Positions 31,222-41,328 are shown, numbered from the stretch's first letter. The stretch: DNA of 55,044 nt from Gemmatimonadaceae bacterium (GCA_036488915.1 DASXGU010000134.1:1-55044), one strand, 5' to 3'. Notes: generated from the letters alone by a model not told the origin. Numbers and translations: made by a program.

Positions 31222-32829
31222 CTAGGCACTAAGAAGGGCGTACACGCTGATCTCTCCCTTGCCGCCAACGAAGACGCGCCCTCCTCCCACAGTCGGAATT
31301 GCGAAGCGGGTCGCGAGCCCAGCGCGGTCGCGACGCGGGTTCATCTCGGAATGGTAGAGTTCATGTTGCACATTCAGCGCATCATAGGCGTGAAGCACCG
31401 CGGGTTTGTCGGGACCGTTCCAAGTCCGGGTTTCGATGGCCCAGACGATTGCGTCGCGCATGCCATTGGCGGAGACGACCGGGGTCGCTCCTGGATCGGT
31501 TCCAGTGGTGGCTCCTACGGTCGGATTCAACGCCACTCGTCCATCAGCGACCTTGTAGGCCTTGAGCGGCGCGTTACTACCCCAGATGTAGAGTGTGTGG
31601 TTCCAATAGGCTGAGGCACCGTAGCCGCCGTCGGATGTCTGCAGAGTTTGGCGTGCATGCGGGTTCTTTCCGGCGCGAAATCGTCCCATGTTGTCGCGGT
31701 CGACCAGGTACGACATGCCTGCCTTCCCTGTGACGAACAACAGGTGCTGGTCAGAGCCTTGGTCGTCGGGTAAGAGGATTGGCCCGCTCGACCCAAGGTC
31801 GGCGTCGGCGCTCGAGAGCGCCGCTTGGTCAGAGGGAGTGAAATAGTCGCGAACCACAAGACCGTTGCCGGTAAGCGCCAACTTGAGGATGGTGTTCCCG
31901 TATGCAGGAGCATTGAGCGCAGCGCTGAATGTGCCGTTGCCGGTTACCGCATATACGTTTCCGGACGCATCCGCAGCCAGTCCGGCGTCGCCCTGCCAAA
32001 TCCCCGCTTCGTCTCCGTTGGGCGACGTGTTGAGGACTCCAAGCTGCTTTAACGTGCCTGCATCGTAGGCCATTATCCATCCGTGATATGGCCCGACGTC
32101 GCATGAGGAAGCCCATGCCAGGTAGATCACGCCGCGAACAAGGAGGAGCGCGGCGCGGGGGTTCTCGCGGAGCGGGTCGAATTCGACTTTGCCCATGCGC
32201 GTCCCGGAGCCAGTTCCGGGAACACTCGCGCGGATCTCGACTGCGGGACGCCGGTCCTTGCCCGTCAGAAGATCCAGGGTGTGCAACCGTTGAACGTATC
32301 GAAGCGACCCGTTCACCGCACGCTCCTTTGTTCGCGCAAGAACGTAGATCGCGGCCGTGGCGAGATCTACCACCGGTGTCGCAGTGATGCTTAGGCTCGG
32401 TCTTATGAAAGGGCATTGAACATCGCGCCACGATAGTGGTGTTATGTTGGCTGCCGAATCGACGAACGTCGTGCGCCAGAGGGGCCGCGCCTCTCGAGCG
32501 GTCGCGTCGAGGGCGTAGACGCTTCCAGCCTCCGTCGCAACAATAAGTAAGTCACGTGATATTCCCGTGCGAACAGCGACATGTGGTAGGTACAAAGGCT
32601 GTGCGAAAACGTCGCCGTCTACGTGAAAGGTAGCGATTTTGCCGAAGGTCGATGGGTTGACGTTCTGCGGGGTTAAAGTGGTCTCACTCAGGATGGCGCT
32701 GGTACGTTGTGGTCCGTACTGCGCGGTGACGACCTGTGCAGAAGTTGGTGTCCCCCATGCGCACTGCGCGGCCAAGAAATAGCGAACTGCTCGGCATCGA
32801 TCAAATTGCATCGCGATGATGCGTGTCAT
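31222..32829 (-). CDS. Secreted PQQ-like beta-propeller protein
   Basis: ETTLTPQNVN..FGK...VDG.VFAQPLY, ATPVVD, YHGWIMAYDA, GIWQ, DADLGS.GP, F..PTV..GRVFVG. Confidence 0.72.
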   Translation of the reverse strand: MTRIIAMQFDRCRAVRYFLAAQCAWGTPTSAQVVTAQYGPQRTSAILSETTLTPQNVNPSTFGKIATFHVDGDVFAQPLYLPHVAVRTGISRDLLIVATEAGSVYALDATAREARPLWRTTFVDSAANITPLSWRDVQCPFIRPSLSITATPVVDLATAAIYVLARTKERAVNGSLRYVQRLHTLDLLTGKDRRPAVEIRASVPGTGSGTRMGKVEFDPLRENPRAALLLVRGVIYLAWASSCDVGPYHGWIMAYDAGTLKQLGVLNTSPNGDEAGIWQGDAGLAADASGNVYAVTGNGTFSAALNAPAYGNTILKLALTGNGLVVRDYFTPSDQAALSSADADLGSSGPILLPDDQGSDQHLLFVTGKAGMSYLVDRDNMGRFRAGKNPHARQTLQTSDGGYGASAYWNHTLYIWGSNAPLKAYKVADGRVALNPTVGATTGTDPGATPVVSANGMRDAIVWAIETRTWNGPDKPAVLHAYDALNVQHELYHSEMNPRRDRAGLATRFAIPTVGGGRVFVGGKGEISVYALLSA

Positions 32830-33632
32830 CGGCCGAGAAAACCGTTGAAGAAGCTAAGCACAGCGTCAGGCATTGGACCTCGACCTTGGTGGGGAATCAA
32901 CGTATCCGCCACATTTGTAAACCCCCGCGCGTGGGCGACACTTTCCAGTTGAGGCCACTGATCGTATAACGGCTGTCCCCGGACCCATGTGACGTCGTCG
33001 ACACCATGAAACCCACGGACGGGAATATTGGCCAGCGACCGAGCCACACGGCCGTTTGCTGACACGCATCTCCCCTGGAAATTTGGCGTGGAAACCGCAA
33101 GGGCGCGAATTCGCTCTGGATGTCCGAATAGCTGAGCCAGAACCACATGACCACCGGCCTCCCAACCGGTGATGAAAATTCTGTTATCGCCGTTGTATTC
33201 CCGGTGCACGTCTCGCAGAACGGCCGTCATTCCTTGATCGTCGAATCGGCAACTGCCAACGCTATCGGCAAACGTCCAAACCGCTGGGGCATAATCAAAA
33301 TCTGTCCTGTGCTGCTTGGCGGGGCCGCCACCCGAAAGCACGAGCGGCACGACAATGATGAACGGCCGTGATCCGCGCGCCGAGGCAAACTCGCGCGCGG
33401 TCTCATGGAATTCGCGATATGCATCTGTTATTACTATGACTACCGGCCACCGTTTTTCGCGCGTCCATCCCTGTGGCAACGAGACGAGGTAGTGAATGGG
33501 GTGCGTAGTCGCAGTTCGCTCCTCAACCAAAGCGTCCTTCAACTGCGCTCGGGGTGACTGACCTGCGCCTATGGGGAGTGTGACAATGCTCGGCATTCCG
33601 AACATCACCAACAGCGTGATCGGGTGGCGCAT
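32826..33632 (-). CDS. Secreted alpha/beta-hydrolase-fold protein with non-canonical nucleophile elbow
   Basis: Y.VSLPQGW....WPVVIVI, D.NRIFITGWEAGG, PVRGFHG.DD. Confidence 0.6.
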   Translation of the reverse strand: MRHPITLLVMFGMPSIVTLPIGAGQSPRAQLKDALVEERTATTHPIHYLVSLPQGWTREKRWPVVIVITDAYREFHETAREFASARGSRPFIIVVPLVLSGGGPAKQHRTDFDYAPAVWTFADSVGSCRFDDQGMTAVLRDVHREYNGDNRIFITGWEAGGHVVLAQLFGHPERIRALAVSTPNFQGRCVSANGRVARSLANIPVRGFHGVDDVTWVRGQPLYDQWPQLESVAHARGFTNVADTLIPHQGRGPMPDAVLSFFNGFLGR

Positions 33633-33725
33633 AGCGGATCTATTGTGAGTAGGGGTGCGTGTCGGACCATCCCAAGAGTGGCGACGGCATTCCTGGAATG
33701 GCTCGACACCGACAAGACTGCTGGC

Positions 33726-34322
33726 TCAATCTTCTTCGCATAACAGCGTAGTCAGCCCGTGCAGCTCATTCCGCACTCGGGCATTCAGTAGTGCGATCCA
33801 GATCAGGACGGCGATCACTCCAAAGAGCGGTAGCCAACCTGTGAAGATGACGACCGCGGCGAAGGGCTCGTGTTGATGGATTCTGATCCCGCCGATCCAC
33901 CACTGCAGAAAGAATCCAAGCTCGGTCAGAACCAGGAGCAGAATAAGTCGAGCCATTCTCAGCTCGCGACGAACTCGATTCATTGAGAGCCCGACGAAAA
34001 TGTGCGTGGGTTTTGAGCTGATATCGATGGGGATCTGGCTCGATTCCAGCTCGAGGATCGCGACCATGATCACGACGGCGAGCAGGATCGCGGCAAACAC
34101 TAGGTCCTGGATCCGCGCCTCGTGAAGAAGAGCACCCGAAACGGCGAGCAGAGCCACACCACTCACGATGCCGAGCTTGACCTTGGTTGCCCGGATCCGG
34201 CGATGTTCTCGCCTTACTGCGCTCGTGATATCATCTCGGGCCTCCGCCGGATCGAGGTCGGCCCCGTCAGGAGAGCTCCAACTCTCGCGCCAGACCTGCC
34301 AGTCCTTCAGAACAGTATTCAT
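33726..34322 (-). CDS. Four-TM membrane protein, probable anti-sigma factor
   Basis: ATGA overlap with the ECF sigma stop; N-terminal W..W helix then 4 TM segments. Confidence 0.6.
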   Translation of the reverse strand: MNTVLKDWQVWRESWSSPDGADLDPAEARDDITSAVRREHRRIRATKVKLGIVSGVALLAVSGALLHEARIQDLVFAAILLAVVIMVAILELESSQIPIDISSKPTHIFVGLSMNRVRRELRMARLILLLVLTELGFFLQWWIGGIRIHQHEPFAAVVIFTGWLPLFGVIAVLIWIALLNARVRNELHGLTTLLCEED

Positions 34323-34822
34323 CCGAAGTCGTCTCCGTCGCCCAGCATTGCTCGAAGTGCGGTTCGCGCACGACTCAGTCTCACGCCGATATTGTTCTCG
34401 GTAGCTCCTTGCACCTCGGCTATCTCTCTTTGGGACAGGCCCTCGAGGTACAGAAGAACAGCCTCGCGTTGCGCATGAGGTAGACGGCGCACTGCGGTGA
34501 GAAGTCGCTCTCGCCTGAGTGCGCGGGAAGCCTCCTCCGCCGGATCGGCACGCGGATCAGCGAATAATGAAACCTCTTCCAGGGAGAGGTGCCGTCGCCG
34601 ACGTGTCGCGAATGTGACTCCGCGATTATGTGCGATTCGGAAAATAAAGGTCCGCTCCGAGCACTCATTCCGGAAGCCGGGTAGCGCCCGCCAGATGCCA
34701 AGAAGCATTTCCTGAAACAGGTCCTCGCGATCATCGCCGTCGTCAGCATAGGCCGCGCACATTCGACGCACTGCCATTCCGTACGCGACAACAATTTCGT
34801 CGAAAGAGCGAACGGTCTCCAT
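34319..34822 (-). CDS. ECF-type RNA polymerase sigma factor
   Basis: REDLFQE....W, TFIFRIAHN, LYLEGLSQREIAEV.G.....V.LSRAR. Confidence 0.92.
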   Translation of the reverse strand: METVRSFDEIVVAYGMAVRRMCAAYADDGDDREDLFQEMLLGIWRALPGFRNECSERTFIFRIAHNRGVTFATRRRRHLSLEEVSLFADPRADPAEEASRALRRERLLTAVRRLPHAQREAVLLYLEGLSQREIAEVQGATENNIGVRLSRARTALRAMLGDGDDFG

Positions 34823-34833
34823 TTATCTGGAGA

Positions 34834-34949
34834 TAGTATCAGCATTCAGGCAATTCCTTACAACATTTCACGGAGCCGCAAGGATGTGAAAACGGTGTTC
34901 AAAGTACTGCGGTGCTTCCCCTGTAAGGTTTGTTTTGATCGCGGTACTA
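34834..34949. promoter_or_regulatory. Pair of divergent candidate ECF promoters, TGTAAGG-N16/17-TACTA
   Basis: Minus strand 34862-34834 toward the sigma gene and plus strand 34922-34949 toward the DUF5916 gene share both elements. Confidence 0.5.
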
Positions 34950-34975
34950 AGCCATGGACATCACCTGGATGATCC

Positions 34976-37201
34976 GTGAAGAGCATCGCCGGCCTATTTG
35001 GTTTCGGTTTCGTTCTCGTATTTAGCGCAGAAGCTCAGACGGCACCGGATTCCGGTTCGACTGCCGTTCGACCGGCGCTGAAGGTCGCGCGTTTCGAATC
35101 TCGCGTTCCCTTCGACGGCCGCATCACGGACGCGCTCTGGTCCGCAGCTGATTCGATTAGCGACTTCCGCCAACGGGAGCCCATCGAGGGTCGCTTGCCT
35201 ACTGAGCGAACCGTCGTGAAGGTAGCCCGCGATCGGGACGCGCTTTATGTGGCGGTTCGCGCGTTCGATTCCTTTCCGTCCGGGCTCTGTGCTGGCCAGC
35301 TCCGTCGCGACGCTGATCTCACTTCCGATGATAATGTGACCGTGCTGATCGACAGTTATCAGGATCGGCGCAGCGCATTTCTGTTTCAAACCAATCCCAA
35401 CGGCGCGATGTGGGACGCGCAGCTAGCCGGTGTGAACGATCTCAATTCCGACTGGAACGGGATCTGGGATGTAGTAACGACGCGGGATTCGCTGGGCTGG
35501 ACGGCGGAATTCCGAATCCCGTTCAGCACGCTCCGATTCGCTTCTACCAATTCGGGCGTATTTGGCTTTAACGTAAGACGGTTTATCTGTAGAAAAAACG
35601 AAGAAATACTCTGGCGGGGATGGCTCCGCACCGAAGGGTTGCATCAGCTTCTTGCCGAGGGAGATCTGACCGAACTCGGAGTATTGGAGCGGAGCCGCGA
35701 TCTGGAGATAAAACCGTACGCGCTCTTGCGTGGTGTCGAGCCTCAATTTGGAAATGACGGTCGAAAAATTGGCGCCGGTTCTATCAGTGGCAAATTCGGG
35801 CTAGATGCCAAGGCCGCGATCGCGTCAACACTGACAGCGGATCTCACGATCGACACTGATTTCGCACAGGCGGAGGTGGACCAACAAGTAGTCAATCTGA
35901 CCCGGTTTCCGACTTTCTTTCCGGAAAAGCGGGACTTCTTTCTGGAGTCGAGCGGAGTCTTCGACTTTGGAACGCTCGGTCAAACCCAGACGTTCTACTC
36001 CCGCCGGATTGGACTCGTCAATGGCGTTCCGGTTCCAATACTGGCCGGCGCCCGAATGACCGGACGCGCGGGTCCATGGACGCTGGGTACGCTGGACGCG
36101 CGGACAGGAGGTAGCGACAACGCGAACGACGCCGTAGTTCGATTGAAGCACGACTTTCTCGATCGTGGCTATCTGGGCGGTGTCGCTACGTTTCGCTCCG
36201 GGCCCGGAGTACGTTCGAGCGAGGAGGACATCGGCCTCGATGCAAACCTGCCACTCGTAATAGGTGCCCAGAACTTGATTCCGTCGGGATGGATCGATCA
36301 AAACCGAAGCATCGAGCAGGGGAAGTCGACACGCGCCTGGCAGCTTCAGGCGGATTATCCCAACGATCGATTCGACAGCTTTGCTTCACTCTCCCGGATC
36401 GATTCCGGGTTTCAGCCCGCGCTGGGATTCGTCCGGAGAGCGGGAATTTGGGAGACGCAAGGGCAGGCCTATTACACCCCGCGGCCGGGTATTCTGGGAA
36501 TTCGGCAACTCCAACTGGCCCCCGTCATTCCGAATTGGGACATCATCGCCGGCCACGACGGATCGGTTTCCAATCCAAAAACGTGGCAAACGGCGTCGAT
36601 GGCGTGGCAACCCTTTGGCGCCACCTTTAACACTGGTGATCAGCTGAGCATCAGCATTCAGCGGAAGATGGACGCGCCGCCAGAAGCGTTTCCCGTTTTT
36701 CGCTCGTTTACGCTGCGGTCTGGCAGATACTGGTGGACTCGCGGCGAGCTCGGGTACGTCAGCTCGTTCAGCCGACCGACTACCGTCGCCTTTTTTGTCA
36801 ACTCCGGGACTTTCTATAGCGGCCGGAGCACAGACATGGAGCTGAGTGGAGTGTGGAGGGGAGGGGGTCACGTGATTCTCGGGGGCGAAACGACTCGTAG
36901 CGCCGTCTCACTTCCGGGTGAGAAGTTCACGGTTATCGAGGCGCACGCACGACTGGAGTACTCATTCACGACACGAACCGGCCTCATGGTTTTCAGCCAA
37001 TTCGACAACGAGGCTCGGCGAGCCGATTTCAACATCCGCTACCACTGGATCCCTCGAATTGGCGCCGACGTTTACGTCGTGTGGAATTCCGGGTACACGA
37101 CTGACCCCGGGTCGCAGTGGCGTTTCCCTTCAGCGCGGGCCCTGGATAAGCCGCTAAATGGGGCGCTCGTGATCAAAACTGTATGGCGAGGCGTTTTCTG
37201 A
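34976..37201 (+). CDS. CBM9-like plus DUF5916 outer-membrane protein
   Basis: Signal peptide, DG...D..W, GWTAEFRIPF.TLRF, TDFAQAEVD...NLTRFP.FFPEKR.FFLE, FYSRRIG, terminal Phe. Confidence 0.85.
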   Translation: MKSIAGLFGFGFVLVFSAEAQTAPDSGSTAVRPALKVARFESRVPFDGRITDALWSAADSISDFRQREPIEGRLPTERTVVKVARDRDALYVAVRAFDSFPSGLCAGQLRRDADLTSDDNVTVLIDSYQDRRSAFLFQTNPNGAMWDAQLAGVNDLNSDWNGIWDVVTTRDSLGWTAEFRIPFSTLRFASTNSGVFGFNVRRFICRKNEEILWRGWLRTEGLHQLLAEGDLTELGVLERSRDLEIKPYALLRGVEPQFGNDGRKIGAGSISGKFGLDAKAAIASTLTADLTIDTDFAQAEVDQQVVNLTRFPTFFPEKRDFFLESSGVFDFGTLGQTQTFYSRRIGLVNGVPVPILAGARMTGRAGPWTLGTLDARTGGSDNANDAVVRLKHDFLDRGYLGGVATFRSGPGVRSSEEDIGLDANLPLVIGAQNLIPSGWIDQNRSIEQGKSTRAWQLQADYPNDRFDSFASLSRIDSGFQPALGFVRRAGIWETQGQAYYTPRPGILGIRQLQLAPVIPNWDIIAGHDGSVSNPKTWQTASMAWQPFGATFNTGDQLSISIQRKMDAPPEAFPVFRSFTLRSGRYWWTRGELGYVSSFSRPTTVAFFVNSGTFYSGRSTDMELSGVWRGGGHVILGGETTRSAVSLPGEKFTVIEAHARLEYSFTTRTGLMVFSQFDNEARRADFNIRYHWIPRIGADVYVVWNSGYTTDPGSQWRFPSARALDKPLNGALVIKTVWRGVF

Positions 37202-37406
37202 GAAGCTATTCGCGCCCGGGTTTCCCAGTGAGTTCTCGTCCCCGGCCATTGGAGTGCTCCCTTTTGGGCTACACCGCGACCCTCGACCAGTACTTGAGCG
37301 ACGCGGGGAAGCGTCTTGGCAATGCCAGTCGGTAATCGTCAACTGGCTACTGGGGCTGACAAACTCGCATTCGGTTCAGTAGCAGTTATGGCAACGCATG
37401 GAGCAT

Positions 37407-38225
37407 TTATGGTTGCGGATTGGTGCGCAACTTGTAGCCTCGCAGGACGAGCGAGTCGCCACGCAGATCGAGATCGACGACGAGAGTCTCGGACGGGCAG
37501 CAGTTTGGATCTCGCCCGCCGTAAAAACCTGCCTCACCGCGCAGAGACTGCGGCTCGATGCGGACGCCGTGCTTGATTCGGCCGGCATAACCGCGAGGCA
37601 ACTGGTTCATCCACTTTTGCAAAACAGGGAACCACTCACCATTGGCGTGCCGGTGAAGAAAATCCTGACTGCACCCGCCGGTACCATTCACGCAACTCAT
37701 CACGCTCAACAGCGTCGTGCCCGAGGTCGTGGTAGCCACCTCCGGAGTGATTGAACGCCACATCCCGTAAGGGCCGGTGTCGTAACGCGCGTGCCATATC
37801 GCGCGAACCCGCTGCTGTGGGGCTGCATCTAACAGGACGACTTCCTCCTCGGTTGTGGTGTCGCGCTCGCGAGGACTGGCAGTTGGGTTCTCGGTGCTGA
37901 AGACTGATGTCCATTGATAGCGGGCGACGGTCCAGCGGTGTTGAGCGTTACTGGACAGATGCTCATACGCGCTGACAGCGCAGCGCGTGACGAACAGGAC
38001 CCCACCGTGCGGTCCTTGCAAACGGTCGTTGGGCGGCTTGACAGGCAATGTGAGGCATTCCTGCCTCGCGTCCGCGTTGGAAACGCTCGGCTGAGCGATC
38101 AATAGGCCGGTTGCGGGGAATATGCCATAGCGACCGTCGCTCGGCGATGACACAGCCTGCGCGACTGCGCGGGCTTCCGGGAGGATCGCGAGCGCGACCA
38201 CGAGACAGACGTGAAATCCCGTCAT
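37407..38225 (-). CDS. Secreted hypothetical protein with LppP/LprE-like C-terminal motif
   Basis: Signal peptide; several Cys; DPNCCPS motif near the C-terminus. Confidence 0.55.
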   Translation of the reverse strand: MTGFHVCLVVALAILPEARAVAQAVSSPSDGRYGIFPATGLLIAQPSVSNADARQECLTLPVKPPNDRLQGPHGGVLFVTRCAVSAYEHLSSNAQHRWTVARYQWTSVFSTENPTASPRERDTTTEEEVVLLDAAPQQRVRAIWHARYDTGPYGMWRSITPEVATTTSGTTLLSVMSCVNGTGGCSQDFLHRHANGEWFPVLQKWMNQLPRGYAGRIKHGVRIEPQSLRGEAGFYGGRDPNCCPSETLVVDLDLRGDSLVLRGYKLRTNPQP

Positions 38226-38814
38226 CTCGCTCGCGGTGCGGCGTCGAGCCTTCCGGGGGTCTTCCCAGGTCCTCGTCGTGGAAGCAGTGGCAGATCGATA
38301 TACTCGCTGTAGACCAGTGCGCAGATATGCACCATCCCTCCCGGCGTGACTTCCTCCGCGACGATGTACGATGTGTCTTTGCGCGAACGTTTCTGCTACG
38401 GTACCCTAAACTCGGCTCAACTGTGAATAGTTCGAATGCCTTTTGGTGTCAACCCGATAGCGATATCGTGTCACCGCCAGATTTGTTCTGCCTTCGTCGT
38501 TCTGTCGTGGGGGCAAGAGCGGGCTCGAATCAAGATAGCGAGCGGAGACCCCCAAAGACGGGGCTGCGCGATCTAGCGTTCCTCTCTTCCGAGACGAAAC
38601 CGCTGGACAAATGAGACGGGCGCGGCAAGGAGCGTTAATGAAGCCCGGATAGCGGTCTGAAGTTTCGCCTCAGTTGGCAAGCTCGGAACCATCGGGCGGC
38701 GCCGAAGATCTGAAGCAGATGGGGATGCGCGCAACTTCGGCGCGCGTACGCTCCACTCGCAGTCTGTTTTTGTTTTTGTTGGTTGGGCCGGGCTGATGAA
38801 TCGAGGTCCCGGCC

Positions 38815-39753
38815 TCAGAACATCGGAAGATCGTCGAAGCTGACGATGGAATCACCCTCACCCTGCAGCGGTGCATGATCGAGGGCGCTCTCCGCGCGGT
38901 GCACGAGCTCGGCGACATTGACGTTCGACTGCGCCAGATCCTCGACCGCCGAGTAGCCAGCTCTCAGTCGCACCTGACCGGAGATGGTCCTGTTCTCCGA
39001 CGCGCGATCGAGCTCGCGCTGTAGCCTGGCGACCAGCAGGCGCGCGCCCGCGGCGTCGGTGTCTGGAGCGAGGATCGCCAGTCTCGACTCTCCAACGAGT
39101 CCGACGACGTCGGATTGCCGGCTCTGTTCGCGGAACACGTGCGCGACGTCGGCGAACCCGATGGCGCTTTCTTTCCATAGCATGCTGGACCCGATCTCAC
39201 GATCGTGAACCTGCGGTGCGAAGGCGACGCAGGCGAAGGGCTCGTGCCTTCTCAGTGCGCGCGCGCCCAGCTTGCCCGCCAGCTGCCGCAGTCCGAACGA
39301 CGTGTACAGGCCCGTCGTCGAGTCGACGAAGTCCTGGGCCTTCGCGAACGCGAGCTCGCCACGGGCGCGGAGGAAGGTCTGGAGCTTGACGAAAACCGGC
39401 TCGAAGTCCACGGGATGGCTGCAGTACTCCCACGCTCCGGCGGAAAAAGCGGTGAGACGCGCGCGCGGATTGGCGGGAGTTGGCGAAGTCACGATCACCG
39501 GCACCGAGTGATCGTATTGCGCGCCGTCCCGGATTCGCTGGCAAACCTCGACCGCGCTGACATCGATCAGCGACTCGTCGAGAACCAGGAGATCATGATT
39601 GGAGAGGCGGGCGAGCTCGAGTGTTTGCGCGCCGGAGCGAGTGTGCGCGGCGACGTAGCCGTGCTGCTGAAAAACGCTCTCCAACGCCCTGCTCATCCAG
39701 TCATCGCTGCACGCAATCAGTGCCAGCGGGGGGCGATCAAGTGACACTTGCAT
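38815..39753 (-). CDS. Response regulator: receiver domain plus degenerate GGDEF domain (paralog 1)
   Basis: GAGGAGG then ATG 39753; REC LLVLD; D..TGLY, RQSD I-site, GESRL in place of GGDEF, AE.AL..A. Confidence 0.8.
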   Translation of the reverse strand: MQVSLDRPPLALIACSDDWMSRALESVFQQHGYVAAHTRSGAQTLELARLSNHDLLVLDESLIDVSAVEVCQRIRDGAQYDHSVPVIVTSPTPANPRARLTAFSAGAWEYCSHPVDFEPVFVKLQTFLRARGELAFAKAQDFVDSTTGLYTSFGLRQLAGKLGARALRRHEPFACVAFAPQVHDREIGSSMLWKESAIGFADVAHVFREQSRQSDVVGLVGESRLAILAPDTDAAGARLLVARLQRELDRASENRTISGQVRLRAGYSAVEDLAQSNVNVAELVHRAESALDHAPLQGEGDSIVSFDDLPMF

Positions 39754-40002
39754 CGAGCCTCCTCTTCGGTAGCCCGACTGGCATGGCGCTGTGGGCGCTT
39801 TAGCCTCGTAGCTTTGCGTCGCCATCTTTCGATGGGTTTGCCGGTTTTCGGAGGTGCTTACCAGGGCGCGTTTAAGGCGCGCTCGGGTGAGCAGGGGTCT
39901 ATTTTGAGACGACCCAACCCGGGCGGGGTTACCCCAAGAGCGTCAAAATCGGCCCGGGTATCGCCCGGTGATTGTGGAGCTAAGTTGTGTAGTGGGAAAG
40001 GG

Positions 40003-41235
40003 TTAGCGCAGGATCGGCAGCCCGAGGACAAACGAGAAGCGTGTCCCCTCACTGCCGCTGTCGACCTGAAGAGAGCTGCCCATAGCCTCGACCAGGGTGC
40101 GCACGATCGCCAGGCCAAGTCCGGCGCTGGAGAAGCGAAGCTTGACGCCCTCCGGCGGGAAGCCGTAGCAGAGCCGCTCCAGCACTTCGTCCGGGATGCC
40201 CGGCCCGGTGTCTTCGACCCAGAATTCGGCGTGCTCGCCGGAGATTTCGGTGCAGCCCATCGCGACCGAGCCCGCGTCGGTGTAACGCAACGCGTTCGAG
40301 GCCAGATTGAGCAGCGCCTGCTGAATCGCGGACTGGTGTCCGAGTCGCGCATCGCTCTCCGGAAACTCGACGCCGAGCGGAATTCCTTTCTCTTCGCACA
40401 TTGGCTGCACGATCGCGCTCACCGCATGCATGGTCTCGCTGATCGAGAACGGCATCGGCTGCCCCTGCACCACTCCGTCGCCGCGCGCTGCAGCTATCAG
40501 GTTCGACACCGTGGTGCTGAGACCGAATGCCGCGCCGTAGATCAAGCCGAGCTGTCGTTCCCTGATTGGATTCGGTGTGTGCCGCTCGGTGCGACGAAGC
40601 GCGTCCACCAGCAGAAGTATCGAGCCCAGCGGCGACCGGATGTCGTGAGCAATCGCGACCACCGCGTCCGCGCAGTCGGCCCCTGTCAGGCGGGCGATGA
40701 ACTTCCCCCGGTCGGTCAGTCTCCACGCCTCTTCGGCTTCGTCGAGCTTGAGAAGAGTGCGCACCACTTCGTTGGCGTTCAGATCCTCAGTCGTCTCCAG
40801 CTCGGCGAGAAATTTCGACTTTAGAGTCGAGACGTATTCACGCGCGATGACGGGCGGCATGGGCGGAGCTTCGGTGCCCTTGTTGCGGAGACTTGCGACG
40901 AGCCAGGCGATGACCTCGTTGATTCGCTCCCGCACTGCAAGCTGAGTTTGCTTTGTGCCGTGCGCGATGCTGGCAGATGTCTTGTCGCCGGCGCGCTCTA
41001 GAGCGCGCAGAAGTGATGTCGCAGTCGTGGTGCACACAGCTGGTGGCCGGCCGGCTCCGCTGTCTCTTGATTGTCCGCCAGTCGACTGAGCAGGCGAATA
41101 GGGAACAAAGTCAGTGAAATTGTCCGGGGACGACGCCGATTTCATTATAGCCGGGTCCATTTGCGCCATGCGCTCTCCGTCACCCGATGACATCTCGCGG
41201 ACGCTCATATTGGGCATGGTAAACCCTAACGTCAA
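40003..41235 (-). CDS. Soluble sensor histidine kinase (start uncertain)
   Basis: H box AHDIRSPL, N box NLASNALRYT, G1 VEDTGPGI, G2 GLGLAIV; no TM segment. Confidence 0.88.
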   Translation of the reverse strand: MTLGFTMPNMSVREMSSGDGERMAQMDPAIMKSASSPDNFTDFVPYSPAQSTGGQSRDSGAGRPPAVCTTTATSLLRALERAGDKTSASIAHGTKQTQLAVRERINEVIAWLVASLRNKGTEAPPMPPVIAREYVSTLKSKFLAELETTEDLNANEVVRTLLKLDEAEEAWRLTDRGKFIARLTGADCADAVVAIAHDIRSPLGSILLLVDALRRTERHTPNPIRERQLGLIYGAAFGLSTTVSNLIAAARGDGVVQGQPMPFSISETMHAVSAIVQPMCEEKGIPLGVEFPESDARLGHQSAIQQALLNLASNALRYTDAGSVAMGCTEISGEHAEFWVEDTGPGIPDEVLERLCYGFPPEGVKLRFSSAGLGLAIVRTLVEAMGSSLQVDSGSEGTRFSFVLGLPILR

Positions 41236-41328
41236 TAGCGGCCTACACGTAAAGCTCAGCCGTTACGCGTTAGGTCGTTTGTTTGGCGATGGTGAACTTC
41301 AGTTTGTACAACGATTCTCGCGTCCGAC

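Larger units (their letters stand above)
31004..38755. mobile_element. Putative degenerate genomic islet inserted at tRNA-Ala
   Basis: Begins at the tRNA 3' end; codons visibly more A/T-rich; GGTCAGTTT repeated twice near 31023-31043; tRNA 3' 10-mer GTACGCTCCA recurs at 38746-38755; no integrase present. Confidence 0.45.

Noticed and set aside
30886-31614. 242-aa plus-strand ORF
   Set aside because: It overlaps the tRNA-Ala and is antisense to the PQQ-like gene; no recognisable motifs
38226-38814. Integrase remnant or gene at the right end of the islet
   Set aside because: The short ORFs have no recognisable motifs; left unannotated
41223-41276. Hairpin CCTAAC...GTTAGG resembling an integron attC site
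   Set aside because: Single, short, imperfect core site; no integron integrase or cassette array; more likely an ordinary mRNA hairpin
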